64,000 bases of DNA. Origin: Glaucostegus cemiculus. Taxonomy: Eukaryota. Shown here one piece after another: positions 23,156 to 36,547 of this stretch (position 1 is the first letter of the stretch; every line of letters starts with the position of its first letter). The stretch covers positions 248,001 through 312,000 of the forward strand of contig CDPCPM010000280.1 in the NCBI GenBank assembly GCA_976551045.1. Reading direction: 5' to 3'. The translations under genes and the position numbers were made by a program. The notes under the pieces were generated by a model. It was not told the origin of the DNA. It searched no databases and worked only from the letters and a program-made list of their open reading frames with translations.

Positions 23156-26100
23156 TATTTTTACCCCTCTGCTTATTTTTCCTCCTTTCTCTTTCAGTTG
23201 AAGAAATTAACATGTTGATAGAATAAGATTTCATAGTTGTAAAGGAATGCACCAAGCATTCCATGGGATAACTTCAGTGCTGGGTTTTCTACATGGGATT
23301 TAAATAGTGGTGCTGTACAGTTGTCAACTTCACAATAGAAAGTGCTCATGTAAACTTGTTGTGCTATAATTAGAGCTTCTCCCAGTGAATATGCCAGAGC
23401 AAAACTTGTAGTGGGTAAATATATGTATTGTTTTTGAAGTATTTCTCGTTATAAATGTAGGCATTGGGATTTGTAACAAAAATATGAAAAAATGGTATAT
23501 ACCGTGAGCTTTTGAAGTGGGCATGAGAAGCACCTGAATATTCTAACCAAAATACCCTTGTCTTGGCTTGCAAAGCCAAGGGATGACTAGTATTCATATT
23601 TTGTTTTATAAGAATTCTTTTTTCCTTTATCTACACTTTATCTTAAACATGAAAGCAGCAGCAATGTGCCTAACAATGAAAAGAGACCCAGTTTTTTGAC
23701 AATTGCAACATTTTTAGATTGAGAGGAATATTGGTTTTCATTTGAGGTTGTGTAGATTATCAAGAAATGCAATGAAAAACAAATGGAGAACATGTCCAGA
23801 AAACCAAAACAATCCACCCAAATATCTGATGTACTGTATAATTGTAAATGATCAAAAGTATTCCTGCAATTTATAGTGTTTCATTTATCATCACAATGGG
23901 TATATTACATTCATTAGTTATTTCCCACAGAAAAAATTATGACTTCAGTTGATGTTGAAACTGTAAATATAAGATTCACTTGAATTCAATAAGACTGTTG
24001 GTCAGTCCTGCTTTTTTAGATGAATATGCTATCCAAAGACCACCCATTTAACGTAATTCAGGTTTTGCAAGTTACTCCTAAAAATATACCAGTCTGGAGA
24101 TCCTGGACATGTAAAAGCAGAATACATACAAGCAAACATGATTAAAGATGAAAATGGGAACCTCTCCCTTTCATAAATAATGACGGCAAATGTTGTAAGA
24201 ACATAATTGCCAGGACAGGTGGTTCCCAGTTGGAGCAAAGAAATAAAAGGTTCAAAAGTAAGGGCAGCCTTGCAGCTATTTGCTCTGCTCAGAAGCGATT
24301 GGTCCCATGGTCTCAACTGAATAATTAAATTTTGCTCTCATTGAAACGAATCTTGCATATATTTATTGAATGCAGAAACCATAAATGATACCTGTGTCCC
24401 ATTTCTACCAGCAGCTTTTGGCCAACTTGAGGGTTGCTTCAAAAATATCTTGATTGCAACTGACTACTCTTACATCTGGGGATCCAAGTAATATATTTAT
24501 GATTTTGCAGAGCTGCCAGGTGTTTGGTTTTGTTGCATTGCACAGTGATGTGGTAATTTCTTGAGCCCAAGTGGTGCTTTTATCCATTTGGAGTATATCT
24601 TAGAGTGGTGGAGAATGAAAATTAAAATAGATAGGGATTCCAACCTATCAGCTATTTATTTCTTCAGAGAATACTAATTTGTGCAGCATTGAATAATAAA
24701 TGAATAGTCATCTACAATACGTTATTGAGGTATGACTAGTTATTTATAAAATTCATGCAAGAAATGGAGATAATTAGTTGTGTTTTGCTTCTCTGTGGGT
24801 ATGTACAGTACAAATGGGCTATTTAGACAAGTGTAATAATTACAGGTGCTTACTGCCAGCATACTGATGATTCATAAATAACTTGAATAGCTGTACATAC
24901 AACCTGACCTTACAGCTACTGTCTGTTGTTTCATCTGCATTTTTTGCACTGGTTTTTGCCATACAAAAATGGAAATTGCAAAAAATTCACTATTTTGGTC
25001 CTTAAAGTGGAAGAATTCAAAATTATCATAATAGTATGCTGATTTAAGCAGTTAAGAACAATGCCAATAGTTGCACTTACCAGCATGACATGAGTATAAT
25101 ACAAATAAAATGCAAAACATTTAATGCAGATGTTTGATACAGATTTACAAAATTCAATTTAAGGTGAATGGCTCAGATATAAATGTATATGCATATGCAC
25201 ACACACATTCGGCAAGTTCTCCTTTAATTCACATTAAGAAACAAGTATGAGCACATTGATAACCCAATGGGTAATAATGTTATGAAGTAAGATATAGATG
25301 CGCTATTCATTCCCAATCTCAGTTTGTACAGTCTTGGAGAATTAAATGGAAGAACTTCTCCCAGAGAGTGGCACAAAAGTCCATGTATCAACTGCTTTAT
25401 TTTCTGTCAGAATATGAGAAAGGGAAAATAGCTTATCAGTGGAAGTAAATTCTGCCGTTAAAGTAAGTTATCCTTCAGCTGACCAGATTCAAAGGAATTC
25501 ATTAGTGTCTGTAACTGTCAGTTGAATTTGAACCTTTTAGGTATGCACTCTTCTTTGTTTACATGGGCTCATGGGTTTACATGGGTAGGTTTATGTTCTT
25601 GTGTATTATATAATAAAGTATTGGAAGATTGTTTTCATCTTTACAGATTTCATTAGGAAATGAAGTAGACTTTTTAAATGCATTTGTTTTGATTGTTGCA
25701 CAAGTCTCAATCAAGTTATCCTGTGACCATTGACTTAACCAGAAAAGAAATTGCCATTGTTTAATAATTTGGTTAAAAGTGGGCTGGAACTAAATTACAA
25801 AGTTTCTGAAGAAAATGTTAGTTGAGCATTGAAAAAATGTTATTAACACAAGATATCATAGATGCACCACATCAAAATACATGAAGTTTGATTATCAGTT
25901 CATAGTGTTAGCTGATTCCAGTTTTAACTCGGCTCCCATTGCTCTCAACTTCCTGGACCCAGACTGTTGGCAGATTATTTAAGGAAGGGTAGCTCCAGAG
26001 CTGAGTCAAATCCTATCCAACTCCTGCATCTGTTCATTTTAGAGCAGTATGACTGAATCATGATCAGGAAAGGAAAGTCTTGACTTTTTTTTTGTTTTTT

Positions 26101-26689
26101 TTTAAATCCCCTTTCCTGTCATAGAACAGCTGAAGCAGTCAGCTGACCCTGTGATCTCTCAAACAAACTTGATGCTTGTTGATCTGTGTCACTCAGTAAT
26201 ATATGGTAAACTTATGAAACCATTGAAGATTAAAATACTTTAAGCATTTCTAGCATTGAGTTTTTGACTTGAATAGATGTTCCATCAGTCCATGATGTAA
26301 TTAACCTTTTTAATAATTTTATAGTTACTATGCTAAGACCTGTCTTAATATATTATGGAAAAATGTGTTCACTTGTTGAATGAGCCCTCTATTGATAACA
26401 TGGAAAAGATTGATATAGAAAAAACATGTCTATTTTCTTCCATCCCAGTTAAATTTACAATAGTATATCCTCCCTATGTTTGTACCATTCCAGGAATACT
26501 GACAATTTCTATTCATTAGTCTTTGTCTCCAGCTAACAGCAGATGGCATCTCATTGCCCCCAAGTTCTACTGTTGATTGGGTATCTGATCTTTATCTATA
26601 TCCACTCCTTTAGCTCATCAGCTCTGTTGTTCTGGGCTTCTGGCACTTAAGACCTCAAGGTTTTGTGATGAGGTCAAATTATCAAATAA

Positions 26690-26915
26690 GAACAGAACAA
26701 TTAGAACTAGATATAGACCATCCCTTTGTACCTGCTCCTTCATTCAGTAATATTATGGCTGATATTTTGCCTTCATGCACTAACCTTGAATCCTTGATTT
26801 TCCTTACTATCTAAAAATAAATCTGAAATGGTATATCCTATTTTGAATATACCTAGTGGCTGAACCTTTGGTGCCCTCTTGGCAAGTGAGATTCATGAGC
26901 CTCCAGATGACTAAG
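26690..26915 (-). mobile_element. Degenerate CR1 3' tail
   Basis: aagaacagaacaattagaac...cctgctccttcattcagtaatattatggctgat...atccttgattttcctt. Confidence 0.5.
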
Positions 26916-28279
26916 TTTATGATCTCTTCCTGTGATGTTGCTTGCTACCAAGTGACACACAAAATGATTTTATCCCCTTTTTTACCCAACCTTTCCCAAG
27001 CCACTCCTTTCTTTGCTCTCTGTTTTCTCCTCTCTGAATGTAATGCATCTTCCAGGAGTGGACTTTTATAACTGATGGTACCTGTCAAGTATCTTTCTGG
27101 TGTGGATATTGTTCAAGTGCAAATTTAGACTAGAATGCTGGTATGCCATTTGCTTCTGGAGGACATCAATGCTGAATGCCATCCCCCAACATGTATTTTC
27201 CAGTAGGGATGAAGAGTAACATTTGAATGTGTGACTGTTAGTTTCTTCTGAGCTGTGAGGTGGTAAGACTGCTTTGAAATGGGTAGCTGAGTAAGGAGAT
27301 GGGATAGAAGCTTTGATTGTCTGGACTGAATCCCTCGTTGTTGCATGATTCATGATGAAATTGCAGATGTTATTTTATTGGAACCTCCTATCATGCAAAG
27401 ATATTGATTTGGATATTGCAGTACTAATCTTCCAAATTTAAATTTATCAATTGCATATTTCTCTATTATATTTAGAAGTGTAGCAACTGATTTGATCTTG
27501 GATAAATTGTGTAGGTAATTTTTTTTAGACTTGTATACTGATACTGATTTTGCTTATCAAATTATTTGTTTAAACTGTGTAAATTACATTTAAGATGAGC
27601 ATCAATTTTGATTCTGTATATAGAGGCTTCAACATTGAAATATTGTATTTAGAAAAATATTGGCATTTATGAAATAATTAAATCATTATGGTGGAAGAAA
27701 ACTAAATCACAGAACAAATTACTGGAAGCAGCATTTTTGGCAAGCATTTATGATGTGATGTCATTGATAATGTAATAATAGTTCTACTGGTTCCAAGACT
27801 ACAGTAAAATTTATTTTGCAAATTATAATGAGTTGCAATAATACTGCAACAGTTTGAGTGTTAGCAAGTCTGTTTACTCTTTAGTGAATTTGCATGGTAA
27901 GCTAGAATCAAAGACATTGACCTTGCCGTGTGTGAAGTAATGGGCAAAAATGTCAATAATATAGAAAGGTTTGATCAGAAGAGAAAAGGAACTTTAATGA
28001 AGTTAAATGCACGTTGCATGTGAAACTGCCTCTCATTTCAAACGCACGCATACAAAAACACCAGCAAGAAGATAAATCAGGAGTGATTTTAGATCTTAAT
28101 GATAAAAGAAAACAAAAACCATGTCTTTTGACAGTGCTTTATCATCTGTCAGAAAAGTCTTGAAGCACTTACTATAAAATGAATTAGTTCAAAATATTGT
28201 AATTATTATTGTACTTTCATAAGTTAAAAAGTTGTGGTTCAAGTTGCAGTGCAGTGCAGTGATGTGACGTGAGCCTAAA

Positions 28280-28742
28280 ATAATGTCTGACAATTTGGTG
28301 CAGTACTGAGGAAGTTCTACAATGTTGGCAATACTGTTTTTTTTCTGATGAGATGTTAAACCAAGAGCCTTTGAAGTATATTTTAAAAATCCCCTGGCAC
28401 AAGAGATTTGAGTAGACTGTTACAGGACCTGCAATCTGGGTTAATGATCAGGAACCATGGTTTAAAAACCCATCAGTGCAGCTACAGCACTTAAATTCAA
28501 TTAATTAAGTTGACAAGAATAAAAAGTATTATCAGTCAGAGTGCCACAAAATGATTGGGTTTTGTTTTAAAAAAAATAATATTCTCAAATTTTCATAGGA
28601 AAGAAAATCTACCATTCTTATGTGGTATAACCATCTCCTCCATTAAAATGTTAACTAGGCTTCAGAAAAACTTCAGCGGCTGTAAACTTTTTGGGACGTT
28701 CTGAGCTAATAAAAGGTGCTACATCAATGAAAGTATCTTCTG
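28280..28742 (+). mobile_element. SacSINE1/Deu-SINE-like element interrupted by another SINE
   Basis: Deu-like gtgcagtactgagg...gatgagatgttaaacc...aaaatcccctggcac (28290-28400) and tail ggctgtaaactttttgggacgttctgag...aaaggtgctacat (28640-28742). Confidence 0.6.
28405..28630 (+). mobile_element. tRNA-derived SINE (same family as 8995-9284), nested
   Basis: ttaaattcaattaatt core and taggaaagaaaatctaccattctta. Confidence 0.5.
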
Positions 28743-28959
28743 CTCTCCACACCTAATTCAATCCATCTGTCATTATTTTGTTCTCCCTTTCTTTGTCATT
28801 CTTTTACTTTCTTCCTCTGTTTGCCACTTGTGTTTTTACTCAAGATTTTTTCTTTCACCCTTTCTCTGTTTTCATCTTTCTTTCTGTTTTTAATCCATGC
28901 ATTCCTCAACAAACAGCATTTTATGAACCTACAATTCAATGAATTACCTGCTACTTAGC

Positions 28960-29150
28960 TGTTTGAGTGTTGGGAGGAATGTCAGTTAGGGAACCTGGAA
29001 ATCTCCCTGAGGATCCTTGAATATTACCTTGGTAATTTTAATTTTAACATGGATCTAAATCACCAAACAAGGTCTTGACTTAGCTCATCTTTCAAGAGAC
29101 TACACCATTGTTTCTGCAAGAGGTAGAAGCACAGACTTCCAGTGGATACC
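28960..29150 (-). mobile_element. SacSINE1/Deu-domain fragment
   Basis: Reverse of the Deu-like segment: ggaacctggaaatctccctg...aaggtcttgacttagctcatctttcaagagactacacc. Confidence 0.45.
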
Positions 29151-30629
29151 AAAAATATGGATGCCAGTAAAGCCCTCTTCTTTGTACCAATACATGCTCC
29201 TGATGAACATGAGTATGTCCTATAATATTCTGAAAGCATTCACATGTATATAAATATATTAACATGTTTAAATGCCTTAAATGAAGTGATATTAGCATAT
29301 GAACTACTTCCACTGAAGGTATTGATATTTAATGAATGGATTTAAAATGACAAGGTGCAGTTGTATAAACAAAGTCTGCTGTATTCAAACAGCTCACAGC
29401 AGGGAGCTGATTTATACAAGTGGAATGGAAACTGATCACCCTCTTTAAGATAATAAATGATTCTTAGATATATTGAAGGGGCCAAGATCCAAACTTACCA
29501 GGATGTGAATCCACAGATAGCAGATTTCCAAATAACAAGGAATTTTAAAAAAAGTACAATTTATGAAAGGAATGTGTTCCTAGAAACGTGCTATTTTTTA
29601 AAATGAAAAATTCTGGGAAAAATGTATTGTGGACATTTTTGTACTGTGCACTTCTTTGCATGCTGTTACTCAAAGTGAAGGGTAGCTTTGTAAATGGAGG
29701 ACCTACATCTCTAAGAATCAATAGTGTTACAATTTGTAAATTGGACTGAAGCTGAAGGTTTAAAGGGAAGCTGAAAGTTGAGAAATACAGTATGGTGATA
29801 TCATTGGCAGTACTGGGCATCCAAGCAATTCACTTCCCAAGTCTGCTGCACTCCTGATTGCAGCAGTGACAACATGGAATGGGAACAAAAGCAAAATAGT
29901 TCAGATGGAGGAATAATTGTTTTCTGCTCATTTTCATCTCCAACAAAGGTGGCATCAGAGAAAAACATAGAGAAAGTTGAAGGATAAAAACTTCAAACTG
30001 GCTGCAATATCAGTTCTGCTTGGCAGTTCATTTCTAAAATATAGTGGCTGATAATATGGCTCAGACCAACTGGTAAATTTTTTAACTACTCCAAAGTGAT
30101 AATATCAAAAAACAATTTTATGGGCCTCCGGTATGAGACTCTTTAATTCTGACATTGCTAATTTTATGTATAACCTCAGTTTTAAGTTTGAATTGGTTTG
30201 AACTAGTTTTACATGAGACCAGGCAGCTCCAAAGGCCAGATTTGTTAAGCTACTGCTAACAAAATTGCTTGATATCCTAAAAAGAACAGGCCTTCAGCAC
30301 TTGCTGCTGATATATGAAAATTTTTTCCCCTATCACTATAGATGCTGTCCATCAAGAGACACAGTGGATATGATCTTCACCATGTGAAAGAAAAATACAA
30401 AGAGCAGCAGAAGCCACTAACCATGGCTCCCTTCCTCTTCACTAAAGCTTTTGACTCCATTATTCAGGGAAGATTTTAAGATCAGAAAGAAAGAAAGACC
30501 CTTCTCAAATTTGGCTGCCTACATAAATTCATCTCCTATTGTGCTTCATGATGGCATGAAAGCAATGATATTAAATAACTGGTCTACAACCTCTGTACTA
30601 CAGTCTCGACAGTGACTACAGTCTCTGAA

Positions 30630-31168
30630 TCATAGGTGTCTCGCTTCCATCCCTCGCAGACATATACAAAGACCGTTGTGTGAGGAAGACCAAAAGCATA
30701 ATGGCCGACCCTTCTCACCCCTCCCACCACCTCTTCACAATTTTGCCATCAGGGAGGAGGCTTAAATGTATCAGGGCAAGAACGACCAGGCTGAACAATA
30801 GCTTCTTTCCGCAAGCCATCAGAACTGCAAACTCTCTCATCCCTCCATCTTCCTTTGTTAACACTAAGAGATGCTAGGTGCACAGAAATGCACCAGCATT
30901 TTAAATGCCCGACACCAGCCCGTTCACTTTAATAACTATTTATTTACTTACCGGCCATTTTTAATTTAATCTGCGTACTAATTTAATTTTAACTTCCGTA
31001 GCTTTTAATGTCTAATGTTTTGTAATGTTTATTCTGTCAAGTGTGTATGTGTGCCTCTGTTGGTTGTTATGTTATTTTATGGGACGAGCACCTGAGGAGG
31101 ATGGTATCTCGCTCCTATGCATACTATGTATGTATATGGTTGTGACAATAAAAACTGATTCTGATTCT
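30630..31168 (+). mobile_element. Rex1/Babar 3' end
   Basis: ORF 30680-30877 (DPSHPSHHLFTILPSGRR...TTRLNNSFFPQAIR). 3' UTR ends gtgacaataaaaactgattctgattctg. Confidence 0.88.
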
Positions 31169-31347
31169 GTAGCTGTGACACTTTATTCTGTACTGTTACT
31201 GTTTTTACTGTACTGCTTCAATGCACTTTGTACTAACTGTGTAACTGCACTGTGTAATGAATTGACCTGTACGATCGGTTTATAAGACAAGCTTTTCACT
31301 GTACCTCGGTACAAGTGACAATAATAAACCAATACCGATACCAATAT
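31169..31347 (+). mobile_element. Second Rex1-type 3' UTR (different subfamily)
   Basis: Ends gcttttcactgtacctcggtacaagtgacaataataaaccaataccgataccaat. Confidence 0.7.
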
Positions 31348-31442
31348 CAACACAACCAATCTTAGCAAAGATTGGTGCCAAACAACAATGCATCTTTCTT
31401 GTTGACAAAACTGTACTTCACTTCCAATAAACTTCCTGTGGG

Positions 31443-32755
31443 AGTCATAGAGTCAAACAGCATGGAAACAGGCCCTTTGGCACAACAGGTCCACCCAACC
31501 AAATGCCCATCCAAGCTAGTCCTATTTGCCCATGTTTGGCCCATGTCCTTCCAAATTATTCTCATCTATGTACCTGTCTAATTGTCTTTTAAAAGTTTTT
31601 ATTGTACTAGCCTCAACCACTTCCTCTGGCAGCTCATTCCATACACACACCACCCTCTGTGTGTATATGTTGTATATAGAAAGTTGCCCTCCAAGTTCCT
31701 ATTAAATCTTTGGCCTATGCCTGAAACCTATGCCCTCTAGTTCTTGATTCCCCAACCCTGGGAAAAAGACTGAATACATTCACCCTATCTGTGCCCCCAT
31801 GAGTTTAAACACTGCTATAAGATCACCTTTCGGTCTCCTACATTCCAAGGATAAAAAGACCTCGCCTGTCCAACCTCTACCTATAACTCAGCCCCTCAAG
31901 TCCTGGAAACATCCTTGTAACTTTTTTCTGCACTCCTTCCAGTTTAATAATATCTTTCCTATAGTGGGGTGACCAAAATTGAACACAATACTCCATTTCC
32001 TGTACAACTGCAACATAACCCAACTTTATACTCAGTGCTCTGACTGATGAAGGACAGCATGCTAAAAGCTGCCTTCACCACTCTGTCTACCTGTGACACC
32101 ACTTTCAGTGAGCCATTTTCTTGAACTCCAAGGTCCTTCTGTTCTACAACACTCCCCAAGCCATACCGCTTAATGTGAATTTGATTTGTCTTCTGTGGAA
32201 CACCACTGATCACGGACCTCTAGCAAGAATAACAACCTTCCACTACTACTATTTGTCTTCTATGGACAAGCCAATTCTGAATCCAAACTACCAAGTCACT
32301 GTGGATCCCATGCATCTTAATCTTTTGGATCAGACTACATGAGTGACCTCATCAAATGCCTTACTAAAAATCCATAAAGCAACATCCCACTGTCGAACTC
32401 TCATCAATCACCATTGTCACCTCCTCAAAAAAACTGAATCAAGTTTGTAAGACATGACCTACTCTGCAGAAATCAGTGCTGACTGTCCCTAGTCAGGCCA
32501 TGTTTTTCCAAATATGTGTAAATTCTATCTGTAAGAATTCTCTCTAATAGTTTACCTACCACTAATGGGAGGCTAACCATACTAATTTCCTGGATTATTC
32601 CTTTTTCACTTCTTGAACAAAGGAACAACATTGGCTACTTTCCAGTCCTCCAGGACCTTGCCTGTTGCTAGCAGGGATACAAAGATCTTTGTCAAGTCTG
32701 CAGCAATCTCTTTTGCATCTTTCAGTAGTCTGGGTTATATCCCATCAGGCCTGAG
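31443..32755 (-). mobile_element. CR1/HER1 RT-to-3' fragment
   Basis: Tail reverse gagtcatagagtcaaacagcatggaaacaggccctttggc. ORF 31959-32213 contains EQKDLGVQ..SLKVVSQVDRVVK. Confidence 0.88.
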
Positions 32756-35700
32756 TTAAATTTCAAGGCACTGCAACGTGCCATCAGTGCTCTCTCTGTA
32801 AAATCCTTAATTCACTGGAAGAACAAGGAAACTAACATTAATATCCTCTCCCAGGCCAACATCCCCAGTGTGAAGGCCCTAGTTACTTTGCATGCCCAAT
32901 GTTGGACTCCTATAAAGAACACTATTTTGAGCTCCATCCTTGGAGGAGATTAGCAGGTGAACAGTGAAGGAGATTTGAGGATTGCTCAAAGCTTCCTTGA
33001 ATATATGTAATATCCTTGACTTCTGGAGCCTCTGGCCCATGACCTCTCAAAATGAAGAAAGAGCATTTGGAAAGTATTGACAACCTTAGTGCCATGTTTT
33101 GGGACCATAAAAGGCATATGCAAGCAGTGGAAAGAATGCACCCTCACAAACTATCCATCTGCTTGCCTGACAACCACCTTCTGCCCCTTTAATGGAAGAA
33201 CCTATTGTTCCTGCATTAGCCTCATCAGCCACCTTAACTCACAAAACTGGATTGGAAGCAAGTCATCTCCAACAGAAAGTGACTGCCTAAGAAGAGAAGA
33301 TACAAAGAAGTATGGACTTGCCTTTTGTAGATCACACAATGTTGACCAACAGGTAAGTATCTGATCTGAATGTGAGGCTCTACATTGTTGCAAGGCACTC
33401 AGTGATGCATTGCCATTGTGTGGATGGAATAGAATAAGCTTCACTATAAAATGGTTGAAATAAGTTTGACGCTGTTCAAAGCCGTTACCTTAGACTTTGC
33501 CAGATGTCAAAACTGCACATACTTTGAATCCTTCTGAACGTCCCTGATCTTCAAAATCATTCAAAAACTATTACAGATCAAGTAAACCTTTTTATATAAT
33601 AAGTCAAACTGAAGTGCTTAGAATCACTTAAATGTTAAAAGAATTCCAATTTTCCCATTAATTCAAGAAGTTGTACACTCCTTTCCTTCGCAGCCATTCC
33701 TCTCCATTCAAATAAATGAACTTAATATTGCTGCATGAGGTTAGGCTGGTGCGTGTTTAGCAGGTGGATTCCTCAGTGTAACTGCTGGAGAACTTGGCAA
33801 CTTCAAGCTCCACTGCTGGGTTCTGTGTGGAGTCCAGTGTTGGAGCTAACCCAGCAAGTATGGGATTTGGCATGTGGAAGTTCCCAAATGCAATATTCAG
33901 GTTCTGCCATTATTTATTTTTAGATTCTCAGGTTTTTGCACTTTCAGCTCATGCTATTTAGTTAAAAGTGTTGTATTTTCTACAATGTGCTTCATGATGC
34001 ATCCATTGACAATGAGGTGCAAGTGGTAAATTCTAGAAGAGATTATGGTTATAGGTTTGTAAACCCAACATTGACTTAAGAAAAATACTCATGTAAGCTG
34101 TAATTTTTTTCAACCATTATGCCAAGCATCATTGTGTCCTTTACATGAATAGTTTATTGGTGGTGGATGATGCATCAAGATTTGAAGTTGCTCTGGGAAG
34201 TAACAGTCTTGGTGATCATTGGGAACATAGAAACAGAAGTTATTTTCTCAGACAGTGTTTTAGGCACTTATCGCAATATGTCATGGCATTGCTTTTAATC
34301 AGGTTAACTTGAAATCTAAGATTATAAACAACTCTGCATATCAGTTTATTCTCTATTTATAACTTCATGCAAACATATGTGTAAGCAGGACACTGACCAT
34401 AAATTACTTGCATGAGCCTAATCATAGGATAGAAATTAGATCCATGGCTAAAAATACCATAACCTCAAAATCTTCAAGAGAATTAAAGTCTTATACAATT
34501 TTCCTTCTTAATTGTTCTGAAGAACCAAATGTCACAGTACGTAAATCAGGGAATGGTACTACACAAAGCTGAAATTCAGAGTAATTTGTGTTCAGTTTGC
34601 TCCATTTCCCATTCCATTGCATCAGTTCACTTAAGCTATCAGTGAAGCACATGTGTTTTTTTTAATATTGTCAATACCGGTATTTTGTTTTTGAACTGAT
34701 GAATCTTCCAAATAGTATAATGATGGACTCGGACACTTCACCGCCATTATTAACATTTATAACTACATATTATTCACAAGGTGAAATTAATACCTTAAAA
34801 ATGAATTAATGAATTCAAGAATTGCCTTGCATATGCAGTTCTAAAAACATGACCTCCTGAATACATGATCAATAAGGAAAAATAATAGAAGAAAGCTTTT
34901 TATGTTGCCTAATTTATATAGCATTACAGTCATAATCTAAATATGTTGGGCCTGGCACATTTTGTTCAGTTGCTTGTTTGTCACTTCAACTTTCGTTTCA
35001 GAAAGTAGTATTTGAAAAGTTTAGATTTTTGTTGGAAGGTATTCAAATGTGAAGTTGAATCAAATGAACTTTTTTTTCATATCCTCTTTTATGACATTGA
35101 GAAATTATCTATAAAATTACTTGCGTCTTGGTCATCTTTTATCACATTTTATTCTCTGTGTGGCACAGATAGTTTTTTTTGTGTACTGCTTTTAATATTA
35201 CATCATGCAACTCCATTTGATTGCTTGGGAGTATTAAAGTTCCCATTGAAGCCATTGTAGCATTGGGCCTCCTTATAAACAACTGAGAGCTCAACTACTC
35301 CCAGGCCTTCTCAAATCAGCCAGTTTCAAGGCATAAAATATACTAACACTGTTTGACAGAGATGTAGTGTACCTGCTTGTGGAATTTCAAGAATTGTGTG
35401 ATATTTATTATACTTTATGGGAAATATAATTTTGGAGAGCAAGAAGTGGATCTCCCTTGTGAAGTCAGTAGGAGGGTTTGGAGACATGCCAGGAAATCTG
35501 TGCTCCAATATGGGCAATTCTGAATTCAGATTCATAGAGAAGAAAAGAAATTGCATCTTAGCTAAATTTTATCTGTTGCTTGGACTTGGGTTAAAGTTGC
35601 CTTATGAATTTGAGTTATTATTAAAATATGAACAATTTATAGAATTTCCACTTTCAAGTGAAAACTGCTAGAGGAAATAAATAAGTACAAAAATTGGATG

Positions 35701-36199
35701 GGTTTTTGAAGAAAGATACAAAGCAACTGTTTGTCATGCAACTTGTTTAATGATCATGGATTAAGAATACAGAATGACAGTAGTTCAATTAAAGAAGAGT
35801 ACACTTGGTACTGTATAGTTCCACAAATTAACAGGTATAAGTTTAATTCTCCCTTTATCTTTGCATATTGATCTCCTTACTCCATACATATGTTTTTTCC
35901 TTGTATTTAATCTTGACTCATCTGACAGTAACAGAAAATTGCTTCATAATAGTACAAACTATTCTAATATTTGTACTTAATTAACTAGATTTTTTGAGAG
36001 CCATCATCTTCTGACCTCACTAGAAATGCCATTCACTTTCCTGGGCAAATTTCTTGAGAATGAACCAGAGCATTCACAACATTAGTGTCATATTTAACCC
36101 CAAGGTGAACTTTTGACCACCGATCTACACAGGCATTCTGATTGCCTGCTTTCACCGCCCCCACCCCCCACCATCACATGGATTGCCTAACTGATTTTG

Positions 36200-36340
36200 C
36201 TTCAGAACATCTGTTTTGTCCCATTGGCAGTTGAGCCTTTGGTTGCTCTGGCTCTTAGCTTTGCAATTCCTCCCTTCCTCCCTACCCTTTCAATTCAACC
36301 TTCACAATAAGCACTTGTTAAAATTTATCTCTGACCACCT
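36200..36340 (+). mobile_element. L2-like 3' end remnant
   Basis: cattggcagttgagcctttggttgctctggctcttagctttgcaattcctccc...ttaaaatttatctctgacc is similar to 61270-61620. Confidence 0.4.
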
Positions 36341-36547
36341 ATAGAAGAAGAAATTATTTCAACTTTTGTAATGTCTTAGGCTTTTTGGTGGTGTTGTGAC
36401 TACAAAACTGAACCACACATCCAATCTTCTGGAGAGAATCTAGTTCTCCTCTCGCCACAAGATGTTCTATACTTATTAAACTAAAAGACAACAATAAATG
36501 ATTAACTACAGTTTCAATGGTTATAATCACCAACTTAACTTTAATAA

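Larger units (their letters stand above)
30340..33300 (+). mobile_element. RTE-clade LINE in three pieces (about 30340-30595, 31350-31442, 32765-33300)
   Basis: TVDMIFT, TKAFDSI, KFGCL.KFI and LHDGMKA in piece 1. TSNKLPVG in piece 2. TNINILSQANIPS, a C-terminal zinc-finger-like CPF.GRTY...LISHLNSQ and an (aag)n-like end in piece 3. Confidence 0.75.
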
